Of a DNA stretch of 64,000 nucleotides, positions 1 through 10,800 are shown piece after piece. The stretch comes from Nemertoderma westbladi (Eukaryota; Animalia; Xenacoelomorpha). The notes under the pieces were generated by a model that made no database searches, was not told the DNA's origin, and saw only the letters and a program-made list of their open reading frames with translations. Position numbers and translations under genes: made by a program. The DNA lies in assembly GCA_032718475.1 (NCBI GenBank), contig JAUCBJ010008313.1:186001-250000 (forward strand), written 5' to 3'. The first letter of the stretch is position 1. Every line of letters begins with the position of its first letter.

Positions 1-699
1 TTTGGAATATCGATAAATAATTACAAAACCCTCAATCTTCTTGATATACTGAAGGTAAGAGAGACTGGTTACATATAACGATTGCGACTTACATTAAAGT
101 GGTTTTGAAGTGAATCTAATGCTATTTCATAGGCACTACAAGTATCGGTTGTTGTTCTCTTTATATGTGACTAAAATTAGTGAAGGTCGGCAGATCGGTG
201 TGCAGCATTGTGCAGTAGTGTGTATGATTGTGACTGATAACAAAGCATCTCCTAAAGAATGCGCTATATACGTGAATCCACAGCCATCCCGTTGTGTCTA
301 GTTTAAGTCATAACTCTGTTTACATATTTAGAGCGCCACTTCCTAAAGGAACTGTTAATATTTCCCGAAAGTGAATAATATTTGTCAGAGATTATATATT
401 ACGATCAGTCGAATAATACAGTAGGCCTACACCGCAATAAGGTTAGGCTTCCGAATCCAGTCTCCCGGGTATATCCAGCGGGTGAATGGTCGCGCATAGA
501 CTGGCTTCGGCTAATGTAGTATATCAAATACTCGTCATAGGCTAAAGTCGATTTATTATCTAGAAGACATCCAAATTTGGCAGGTTAAACTGCTAAAGGT
601 CTGAAAGCGCGAACAATATCTTTCCTTCGGGCATCACGTCCAACATATCTCTGAGGAACTCAGCGATAGGATGGTAAATGCTGCCGGGCATGGAGGTTA

Positions 700-3600
700 T
701 TGGACGTAGGGGGACACCAGCCTTGCAGGGACAATGAGGGAGATGGAGGATGAAGGAGCAGAGGAGCAGCTTAAGAGGCTGCTGAAGCAGGACTTCGAAG
801 GATTAAAGGAGGCCGGGGTCGGAACCTCGGTAGAGGATAAACAAGCGATAGAAAGTGTAAAGGAGTTGATGAAGTGCGAAGAGGGACGGTACACCATAGG
901 GATGGTGTGGAAACAACCTATGCTACCGTTGCCAGATAACAAAGCGATGGTACTCATGAGGCTTCGCAAGCTGAAGCAGACACTCAGACAGAGCCCCGAG
1001 AAGGATGAGTACATCCACAAGACAATTAAGACATACGTCGAGAAGGGATGGGCCGTGGAGTTACCGGGCGACGAACCAAACATGGACAGAACCTACTATC
1101 TGCCACTGCACGTGGCTTTAGACCCAAAGAAGGGTAAACTGCGGATGGTGGTCGACGCGTCGGCCAAAACGAATGGCAAGAGCCTAAACGACTATCTGCT
1201 TGAGGGCCCCAACATCTATAACTCGGGGATAGAGGTCCTTTTGAGATTCAGAAATGGGAGGCACGCCTTCACGTGTGACATTGAAGGCATGTTCAACCAA
1301 GTCCGTGTGACGGAAAAGGACAGCGACAGTCAGCGCTTCCTATGGTACAACAGTGACGAAGAACCATCTGCGATACCGATGTACAAAATGGTGGTGCAAA
1401 ACATGGGGGCCAAGTCATCCTCATTTACAATGACTATGGCTGTGAGAGATACGGTAGAGGGCAAAGAAGGAGAGTATAGTGCGAAGGCGATCGACATGAT
1501 TCGACATGGTTTCTATGTAGACGATGGGATGGGATGGGATCTGGAAACACGGTTGAAGAAATACTGGAGATAGGGCGCGAGGTTCGCGACATCCTAAAAG
1601 GATCCAGTTTCAACCTGAATAAGTTGCAGTCCAGCTCTGTGGAATTCGTGAAGGCCATAGAAGACAAACACCCAGAGTCGACCATGGACAACCCCACAAC
1701 AGCAAAGGGGCAGGATATGGCGAACAAGAGAGTGGAGTCTCAGCAGAAGGCGCTAGGGATCGTGTGGAACCATGAGACGGACGAATTGGAGTATCAACTG
1801 AGCCAAGAGGGTGCAGACATCCACACTAAGCGGGGCTATGTATCATACATGGCGGGTATCATACGCAAGGATATACGATCCCCTAGGCCTAGCATCCCCA
1901 TTGTTAGTCACGGGGAAACAGATACTAAAGAAAGTATACAAGTTAAAGGATGAGTGGGATACAGAGGTCCCGGAAGAAATAAGTAAACAGTGGAATAAGT
2001 GGACGGGGAGTCTGGAGCAGATGGGGACGTACAGTATGTCACGCGTGTTTTTCCCGGATGGACATGACGGACTTGGATCTACACATGTTTTCCGATGCAT
2101 CTTTGGAAGCAAATGGAGCGGCACTTTATTTGATACAGCGAAAGAGGGTTCATAAGCCTAGACTTGCATTTAGTAAAGCGAAGTCGACGCCACCAGATTC
2201 AGCGTCAGTGCCAAAACTTGAGCCGACAGCTGCGAGGTTAGGAGTAAGGGCCACAGCTTACTTGATGGACACTATATCCAACATAGTGGAGACACACTAC
2301 TGGAAGGACTCCATGGTAGTGCTAGGGTGGCTACATAACGAGAAGACAAGATACCCTATATTCGTCGCGAATAGGGTAGACGAGATAAGGGCGACGAATG
2401 ACCTAGAAAGGTGGCATTATTGCCCCACCGACGACAATCCAGAGGATCTGTTATCGATGGGCATGGCACGCCAAACTTTCTCAAAGAAGGAAGGGTTGTG
2501 GCAGCACGGGCCACACTTCCTGAATGATAGATCAGCCTGGCCACCAAAGAGGAAGGTGGACCCGGGCTCAGAGGAAGTAGTAGCAGAAGAAGAGGGGGAG
2601 GATTCAGGAGGGGAAGAGATATACAGCCAGTTTGTGAGGGAGATCAAGGAAGTGCCACCGAAATTAGAAGATCCATGTGACAACCCGACGGATAGGTTGC
2701 TCAGTTACAGCTCCAAGGTATAAGACTAAGAAGTTGGTAGCGTATTGGAGGGCCTACGGGAATTTCCTTAGGGGAGTTGGCAAGGATGCCAAAAGGAAAC
2801 CAACCATAGCTATAGCCGTAATACGATACGAGCAGAGAAAAGACTACGTCGATGAAGTGGACAGAGTTAGCAAGCAACAACACCTTCGTCAAGACAGCGA
2901 ACTCAACACGCTGTCCCCGCAGTTGAATGACGACGGGATTCTGGTGATTAATTCCAGAGTGGTGAACAACAACAGCTTAGTTATCCCACCAAAACCCATA
3001 ATAATCCCTAACAAATCACTGATAGTCCACCAAATCATTTGGGACTCGCATAATTCGATACTACACGGAGGCACGAATCAGACCCTCACAGAGATACGAA
3101 GGGCATTCTGGATCACTCAACTTAGGAAGAAGGTGAAGGCGGTAGTGGGGCAGTGCCAGGCCTGCCGACGGATGAGAAAGGAGAGGGCCGTACAGGAGAT
3201 GGCGCCATTACCGGCCAATAGAGTGAGACAACACGACCCGCCATTCACGCACTGCGGCATAGACATGTTCGGGCCGATTAAGATAAAGGTGATGCGACAC
3301 ACGGAGAAACGCTACGGCATTATCTTCATATGCAACAACACGAGAGCGGTAGGAATAGAACTTGTGCAGGACGCTACGGCATCAGCATTTATTAATGCCT
3401 TAGAAAGATTTGTAAACCGCAAAGGGGGAACAATCACAGTGATATATTCATATAATGGGACCAACTTCATGGGAGCGGAGAACGAGTTGGCCGGGGCCTT
3501 CAACATCCTAGAGGGAGATGATGTCAGGGCGGCTATGAGGAGACAGCAAGAAAAGTGGGAAAGGAGGATGCCGTATGCACCACATACGTTAGGATGTGTA

Positions 3601-4158
3601 GAGAGACTTGTTGGAAGTTCTAAGCGTTTAATGACCAAGCTGATGAACACCCACATGGTCACAGAGGACATATTAAGAACAGTGCTAGCCAAGTGCAAGG
3701 GAATCATTAATAGCAGACCGCTATATCCGGAGAATGACGACCCAGAATCACTGGACGTGCTAACACCGGGACACTTTCTGATGGAGAGGCCGACGACCAT
3801 TGACATGCGATGTGTAGACCCAGATGACATACATTCCCGTCAAAGTTGGAAAGTCGCCAAGGTAATAAGTGCTGATTATTGGAGGAGATGGGTAGAGGAA
3901 TATCTTCCCACGTTACACAGGAGGAGTAAGTGGAGAAACACCAATAGGGAGCTAAAGAAGGGTGACTTGGTAATCGTCACTGACGACACAATTATCAATA
4001 ACCAATGGAGTCTATCGAGAGTGGTAGATACTTACCCCAACGAGGACGGAAGAGTCCGGTCGGTGGAAGTGAGAATAGGAGGCAAGATAGGAGCCAAAGA
4101 TAGGAAGACGTACAGGAGGGCTGTAGAAAAGTGCTGCCTATTGGAAGGGGCACCTTAG
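700..4158 (+). pseudogene. pol: BEL/Pao LTR retrotransposon (BEL-1) pol: RT, RNase H, integrase; 5'-truncated and frameshifted
   Basis: ORFs 734-1573, 1534-1953, 1811-2155, 2058-2723 and 2677-4158 carry YYLPLH..KLRMVVDAS, SLNDYLLEGP, CDIEGMFNQV, FYVDD (RT), YDPLG and LHMFSDAS (Pao RNase H), HNSILHGG..CQAC, GIDMFGP, ERLV and WRRWVEEYLPTL (integrase). RT-RH-IN order and motifs match BEL/Pao. Confidence 0.95.
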
Positions 4159-4185
4159 AGTTTAGTCGTCCAAAAATGTTGGACT

Positions 4186-4199
4186 GAGGGGGGTGGGAA
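4186..4199 (+). promoter_or_regulatory. Polypurine tract of BEL-1
   Basis: GAGGGGGGTGGGAA lies 28 nt after the pol stop and immediately before TG at 4200. Confidence 0.8.
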
Positions 4200-4286
4200 T
4201 GAGGACGAGACGCCCTTCCCACACAAAAATATAAAAAAAAATAATAAGCAAATAATAAAATAAGAAGCGAGATAGTAGAAAATTAG

Positions 4287-4432
4287 AAAGTTAGTTAGAA
4301 GTTAGTAAGAGTTAGTAAGAAGTAAGAAGTTAGAAAGTTAGTTAGAAGTTAGTAAGAGTTAGTAAGAAGTAAGAAGTAAAAAAGTTAGTTAGAAGTTAGT
4401 AAGAGTTAGTAAGAAGTAAGAAGTTAGAAAGT
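4287..4432 (+). repeat. 47-bp tandem repeat in BEL-1 LTR, continuing at 8921-9005
   Basis: AAAGTTAGTTAGAAGTTAGTAAGAGTTAGTAAGAAGTAAGAAGTTAG starts at 4287, 4334, 4381 and 4428. Confidence 0.9.
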
Positions 4433-4613
4433 GATTTCCCAGTATATTAACATAAAAAAAACATAATAGCACATTAAACCAAAAAAACTATAGCAAACCC
4501 GCCACCAGCTGTTTCCACAGTGTATCCTAGCAACATTTAAAATAATATAGAAATAAACACAAATAAAAGTATTACAGTAGGCCTACCAGTACAGCCATGG
4601 TGCCAATGCTGTT

Positions 4614-7600
4614 CTAAATACTGCTTGGCAGCCCAGCACCGTCCTCAAACCCCTGCCCACTTCTCCACTTCACCTGCGAGCCCCGTAGACAATGGGAGGC
4701 CCCGCGAATTATCGCGAACTGGACACGAGTTCGGACCCAGCCCATCGTGGTGCTGAAAGGTCGCCCCCAGGAATGGTGCAGCCTATCAGCCAAGATACGG
4801 AGGAGGTTGTTCACCTGCGGAGCAAGTACGCATGACAGGACGCAATAAACGGAAAGAAGTCGCCCCGTTGTGCCATCACTGCTTCCGCGTACAGCCGCTT
4901 CTTTTGGTCTTCGGCCGACTCGAGGACAGACATTGGGGTGCGACCCACATAGGACCTGGCGTCAAGGTTGATAACCCGAATGTCTATCAACACGTGGGTT
5001 TAGCGCACCCCGTATCCCCACGTCGCTCCGAAGACCTGAGGCACCCTCAACTCCCTGCTGCTCACGGACAACCGGCTCACAGACTACGTTATGAGGTCCG
5101 CAAGCCATAGCCACGAGGTCTCCAACCACATCCCGTAGTTCATGATGGCGCTGTATAACGAGGACGCCTTTTTTACAATTTAAACCGTGGTTTAAATTGA
5201 AGGCGGCCCCGCACCCATCGCACCAGCTCGGCACCGCCGCCAGGGAGTGGCTGTATCGGATCGCCAGAGCGTCCCGGAACTCCAGGGGGGACAAGTCCAT
5301 CTGGTTGTCAGCCATGGGCAGGGAGGAGATCCACCCACTCGAACGTATGTCGGCGGTACATTGTACAGTCCGCCGGCGGTCTGGTGGCAGTTCCTCCAGC
5401 ACAGCTTCCAAGTTGGATTTCTCCCTCTCAAGCTGCTGCTCCTGTCCTTCCTTCCTTGCCCGCTGTAGACAACCGAGGTGTTGCGCGTTGGAGAACTCAC
5501 GGTGTCCCAAAATGGACTCGGCGAAGGATCGGGTTCCCACCCGCCATACGGCATATGATGTGGGGCCTCGGTTGCGGGATTCCGCAGCCCCATTCCTGCC
5601 ATCCGCGGGGAGAGGGCGAACAGACTGCATTCATTGGAGGAGATTGGGCCGCCAAAGACGGCCAGCAGGAATCTCTGTACAATTGCCTCCTCCAGTGGCT
5701 GGTATTTGTCATCACAATCAGGGGATACCCGCTGTAGGTAGGCCCACTCCCTCTGGAGGGAGCAGGCCATGGCGGCGAATGCGGCTTGGGGCTGGGACAC
5801 CGCCATCTCGGCGAGACGGTGCACCGAGGCTACCCAGGCAGCAACCTTGGCACCCTTCCTTTCAGCATCTCCACCAAGAAATCCCCTGAGGAATCGATTT
5901 CCCATCACAATGTTCGGCACGGAATGGCCTGCGAACACTCCTTCTGCTTCCTCCATGAATTGGGGAGCTACCACGAGGTAGCTTTTGCTGGGTTCGGGGA
6001 AGTATCCGAGGGTTGGGCCGAACCGCTGCAATTCGAGGAACCACTCAAGGATGAGTTGCAGTTTACCAGCCACAGACGAGTTGTTGGCGAACCAATTCTG
6101 GAGTACAGGCGGCTTCCGGAGGCGGTGGATGAGGAGGAGGATACCTGAGGAGTACTCCAGCATCGCGAGGGGGTCTCCTTGAGTGGTTCCCTCCTCGCTG
6201 AATAGTATCTCCTCTGTCCCGCGGATGATTAGGATACTGTGTCCCCTGTAGCAATTAAATAGAAACAGGGAGCACCTGAGCCACTGCTGGTGGGCGTTCC
6301 ACAATGTGACCGTCCGGTTCGGCGAGTTGAACACGTTGGATGCGTCAATGAGAAGAACCCCCCAGCCATCCTCCTTCCGCTCCTCGAACAACTCCGCCAT
6401 CATGTGGACAGTGGCCTCCACCCGGGCTGACGTGCCGGCGGAGAGCTGCACGGCGCCGCAGGTCGCAGTGATGTCATCGCCCGTCGCTTCCGCCATGGAT
6501 CGGCCGAGAATCTGCCGCAGACATTCCACGATGCCGATCGTGCGGACCCCTGGGCACTTTTCCAGGGCGATCAAATGGCAGGACATCAGGGCATGCACCG
6601 ACTCCCAGGGTACGACTGAGTTCGCGAGGGCTCTCGCTATTCCCACGTCTGAGTCAAGGAGGCATTCACTGTGGGCACCATACCAGAGGAGGAAGTCGCC
6701 CCACCACATTGAGTCGGTCCCGGCAGGTACGGCTCCGCCGTGTAGTCGGCGCGTTGCAGTCTCGATATGCGAGGCCGTGATGTCCACATCCACTCGAGTA
6801 GGGAGGTCCTGGTCAATTTGGATTAGAGATTCTGGCGGGGGTGGGGAAGCAGGGGGATGCTTGGCTCGTAAAAGGTCAATGACCTTAACCTCCTGCCCTC
6901 CCATATCCACCTCATCATTGGGATCTAACACTCCCCCACTCTCCCGACTCGTTACCCATCTTACTGCGCTGCGGATCTTCCCTTCCAGCATCAACTGAGT
7001 GAACACACGGACAGTGATTTCTTTGTCATCCTCGGCCAACTTACGTTTACCCTTCTGACCCTTCCCAAACTTAAGCGAGCTGCGTTCAGCCTCTTGAAGC
7101 AGCGCCTCAAGCTGCCCAGACTTCAACATCTCCAGAAGATGAAGGAAAATTAAGGAGGAAGGAGAATTAGAAGGCGATGGATATCAGCTGCCTTCATGAC
7201 CTTTGGGTCACAGTGGAGGAGCAGCGACTCGGCTAACTGGATCCGCTCCAAGCGCGCGATGGCGGTGTTGTGCTGCAGCCCCATTAAGAAGGCCCTCGAC
7301 TCTGCCGCAAGCAGCTCGACTATATCTCTCCCTACAGCGCCCCCTGACAGGCTATACTTTGCACCACACAGCTGGGTAGCTCGTCTCCACTGATGGAGGA
7401 GACAATCCGGCGCGGGCCCTTTCCCAACCAAGGGGGGCCCAAAAGCCCTCACCATCAGGTTCTGCGGGTCCATGTTGAACTGGATGACAGTGGGTTCGTA
7501 CTCCAGTGCCGGCCGAAGTGAGTTGTGTCACCAGTAAAAGTGTGGGACCCGTCTGGGTACTGGGGTACAACAGACTAGATGCACCAGGCTGATGTGCGAG

Positions 7601-8806
7601 ACCTGCATCATTTGTAGGGGGACCCGTATGACAGGGTGGCCCCAACTGAGTAGGGTGACCCAAGAACTGAGTAGGGGGATCCGTCTGAGTACGGGGGTCT
7701 GTCTGAGTGGGGGGATCCGTCTGAGTAGGGGGATCCAACTGAGTAGGGTGATCCGTCTGGCTAGGGGGACCCAACTGAGTTAGGACACCTGGCTGCGTAA
7801 GGGACACCGACTGAGTAGGGGGATCCGTCTGAGTAGAGCAATCCAACTGAGTAAGGGTTTCCAACTGAGTAGGGGGATCCAACTGCGTAGGGGGATCCAA
7901 CTGCGTAGGGGGACCCAAGAACTGAGTAGGGGGATCCGTCTGAGTAGGGGGATCTGTCACCCCTGAGTAGGGAGATCCAACTGAGTAGGGGGACCCAAGG
8001 ACTGAGTAGGGGGATCCGTCTGGCTAGGGGGGCCCAACTGAGTTATAACACCCATCTGCGTAAGGGACACCAACTGAGTAGAGGGACCCAAGAACTGAGT
8101 AGGGGGATCCGTCTGAGTAGGGGGATCCGTCTGAGTAGTGGGATCCGTCTGTGTAGGGGGATCCATCTGAGTAGTGGGATCCGTCTGAGGAGGGGGATCC
8201 AAATGAGTAGGGGAACCCAAGAGCTGAGTAGGGTGATCCGTCTGGCTAGGGAGACCCAACTGAGATACAACACCCGGCTGCGTAAGGAACACCAACTGAG
8301 TAGGGGGACCCAAGAACCGAGTAGGGGGATCCGTGTGAGTAGGGGGATCAAACTGAGTAGGGGGATCCAAGAGCTGAGTAGGGGGATCCGTATGGCTAGG
8401 GGGACCAAACAGAATTCCAACACCTGGTTGCGTAAGGGACACCAACTGAGTAGGGGGACCCAAGAACCGAGGAGAGGGTACTGTCTGACTAGGGGGATCC
8501 GGTTGAGTAGGGGGATCCGACTGAGTAGGGGTTTCATCGAGGAGTTTCATCGAGGTCCTTCAATGTATCATCTAGTTCAGGTTCGGTCGTCATCTGATCC
8601 ACTGGTTGAGACAGAAAGATTGGAGGAACAACATCCCGACTGGGTAGCGGCTGCAAATACGATCCTGTCAGCACTGCCGACCACGCTCCGTTATCGCACT
8701 AGCAATTCTTCCCCGGAGCACAGCTGGTGCACGGTTCGCCGGCCTTTACGCAGCCACACTTCCTGGTCTTACAGCGACCCGAAATGCAGCCGCAACAGGC
8801 CGACAT
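4614..8806 (-). pseudogene. CRE element single ORF: Cys-rich N-terminus, Pro/Thr repeats, RT, zinc finger, RLE
   Basis: ATG at 8806 gives MSACCGCISGRCKTRKCGCVKAGEPCTSCAPGKNC*, followed by ORFs 7957-8550, 7352-7960, 7150-7473, 5192-7129, 4962-5630, 4811-4993 and 4614-4814. The RT catalytic motif has decayed to WFANN. Confidence 0.85.
7610..8535 (-). repeat. 18/21-bp coding minisatellite (CTGAGTAGGGGGATCCGT variants) encoding (T/L)DPPTQ repeats
   Basis: Dozens of units with higher-order structure; translated in minus ORFs 7352-7960 and 7957-8550. Confidence 0.92.
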
Positions 8807-9009
8807 TCTCAAAAAACGCCACTCGAAATACGATGGAACCGCTTATTCACTCATGTATTACAGTCTTTACAGCAATACTGATGTACTACAGTAACAGGTC
8901 CTCATTAGCCCTTCTGATATTAAGAAGTTAGAAAGTTAGTTAGAAGTTAGTAAGAGTTAGTAAGAAGTAAGAAGTTAGAAAGTTAGTTAGAAGTTAGTAA
9001 GAGTAAGAG

Positions 9010-9885
9010 GAGAGTTAGAAGTTAGAGAATAGGGAGTGTGGTATATTGGCATACCACGAGAGTACTAGCAGGGTACATAGTACCGTAAGAGTTAGAAGTT
9101 AGAGAATAGGGAGTGTGGTATATTGACATACCACGAGAGTAGTAGTAGGGTACATAGTACCATGAGAGTCAGAAGTTGTGGGCACTGAGAGCGCCACGTA
9201 GTAAGAGAGTAGAGAGTATGGTATGTAGGTATACCATAGAAGTATTAGGGTACATTGTACCGTAGGAGTTAGAAGTTGTGGGCATCAAGAGCGCCACATA
9301 GTAAGAGAGTTGAGTATGGTATATATATTTTTTTTTTTAAGTTACTAGTTTATTATATAATTTGCACAATATCAGCATAACTCTTTTACAGGCACTTTAT
9401 TAATAGAACAAAATAAATAATTCCTACACTGATACCGATAATAAAAAAAAAAATAATAAATAAAGAAAGAAGGGCCTGTTTAGAGGCCTATGACTACCAC
9501 TGACAGTCAGTCTAGCCGGTGTTGGTATCAGCGTTAGTCAGGCGAATCGAGTCTGCGGACACCTGATGATAAACGGGGCGTTTGGTGGCGGATCTCGCTC
9601 CATGGAGACACATCAAACTGGAGCGGAGAAGTGCGAAGCTTATCTTCCTCCGCGTCCAGCAGATACACTCAGAGTAGCTGAGGTCGTGACGATCCGAAAG
9701 TTTAAGCGATAAACGCTTAACGAACTGTTGCATCGCTGGCGCGGTACCACCAAAGGCTGAAAGTATCAGAGGTATATAGGTATATAGGTATATAGGATAT
9801 ATAGGTATACCATAGGAGTAGTAGTAGGATACGTAACGTAGTACCATAAGAGTTAGAAGTTATGGGCACTGAGGGCGCCATGTAA
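9010..9885 (+). repeat. ~80-100-bp degenerate tandem repeat in BEL-1 LTR
   Basis: Recurring GAGTTAGAAGTT...GAGTRTGGTAT...ATACCA...GGGTACATAGTACC units, interrupted at 9326-9770. Confidence 0.8.
9326..9770 (-). mobile_element. 5'-truncated CRE-clade element (second family): 3' end with poly(A) tail
   Basis: FGGTAP..FVKRLSLKLS..SYSECICWTRRKISFALLRSSLMCLHGARS in ORF 9512-9847; T-run at 9328-9338; GGTATATA on both sides (9318-9325 and 9771-9778). Confidence 0.85.
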
Positions 9886-10234
9886 GTAAGTAGGAAAGTA
9901 GAAACGATAATAGCACAGACAGGGGGGGAACACAAAAAAAAATAAAATAAAGTTAGGGGACTAATTGACTATGATGATGATGAGACACTAGACAGATCCC
10001 ATTTCTCAAGTGCCTCATCAAACACTGACGAGAATGTGGGAGTCTGACAGGAGGGGACGGACAGCCAAACAAACATCGGCTGAGTATAGGACAATGGAGG
10101 GAAGCATGGAGTGGAGGGGTTGACATGCGTAGGAGTGAGAGGAGTGCAATTCAAGTGTGGGGAGCGAGCAGTAAGAGAAAGAGTAAGGGACAACGAGGTC
10201 TGTTACGGTATATGGCGCTGTACCTACATTAGTC

Positions 10235-10346
10235 CGTTATACAGTATAATATATTAGCCGTTATACAGTATAATATATTAGCCGTTATACAGTATAATAT
10301 ATTAGCCGTTATACAGTATAATATATTAGCTGTTGTACAGTATAAT
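10235..10346 (+). repeat. 24-bp tandem repeat in U3 (about 4.7 copies, present in all three LTRs)
   Basis: CCGTTATACAGTATAATATATTAG units. Confidence 0.9.
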
Positions 10347-10699
10347 TATTTAGATAAGACATAATAACGCGCAATGACATTTAGATAAGGAAAATAAAAC
10401 GCCCATATATTTGAATTCATCCATTTTGTATAGTATGTAGCCCTACCTACGTAATTTTGTAATAGGATATAAGTAAATAGTTCCAGGGTAGCAAGTTTCC
10501 TGTTGGACGCTGGATATAAGCTTGCTGTTATTAGCCTCAATATCGCTAGCTATGTATTGGTCTTAATTTTCTTTATAATTGCGCTAAATTAATCTTTGTG
10601 CATCATATTATTAGTACCGCTAAATTAAGCATCGCCAAAATTACCATATATGGTAATAATTTGTGATTTCGGGAGCGAGAGGTTCACAATCCAGCTTCC

Positions 10700-10800
10700 T
10701 TATTGGCCTAACTGCTTCCAGGTTGGACTAATGGTAGCGCGGATTGGGGAGCCAATGAGAGAGCGATTGCATCATCCTCCATGAATCACCTATAAATAGG
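10700..10800 (+). promoter_or_regulatory. Putative LTR Pol II promoter (CCAAT boxes and TATA)
   Basis: ATTGG near 10703 and 10743, GCCAAT at 10751, CCTATAAATAGG at 10789-10800; conserved in all three LTRs. Confidence 0.6.

Larger units (their letters stand above)
4433..8920 (-). mobile_element. Near full-length CRE-clade (RLE-endonuclease) non-LTR retrotransposon, decayed
   Basis: Minus-strand ORF pieces: GKIRSAVR, HPPA, LEKCPGVRTIGIVE, LIDASNVFN, EGTTQGDPLA (RT), CDGC..HGLNCKKG..QRHHELRD zinc finger, RSDVGIRG..IDIRV..KKRLY (RLE), WVRTRVQFAIIRG..CLRGS C-terminus. Flanked by TAAGAAGTTAGAAAGT at 4417-4432 and 8921-8936. Confidence 0.88.

Noticed and set aside
1-690. Possible 5' LTR or gag of BEL-1
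   Set aside because: No similarity to the 3' LTR and no gag or protease motifs; left unassigned.
1555-1573. KYWR* ending shared by ORF 734-1573 and ORF 23248-24792
   Set aside because: Coincidence: both are off-frame readings of EEILEI in unrelated proteins.
4287-4432. Telomeric repeat array
   Set aside because: TTAG-rich but not (TTAGG)n or (TTAGGG)n; it is a 47-bp unit inside an LTR.
7610-8535. CRISPR-like appearance of regularly spaced repeats
   Set aside because: Units are contiguous without unique spacers, lie in a retrotransposon ORF, and there are no cas genes in this eukaryotic context.
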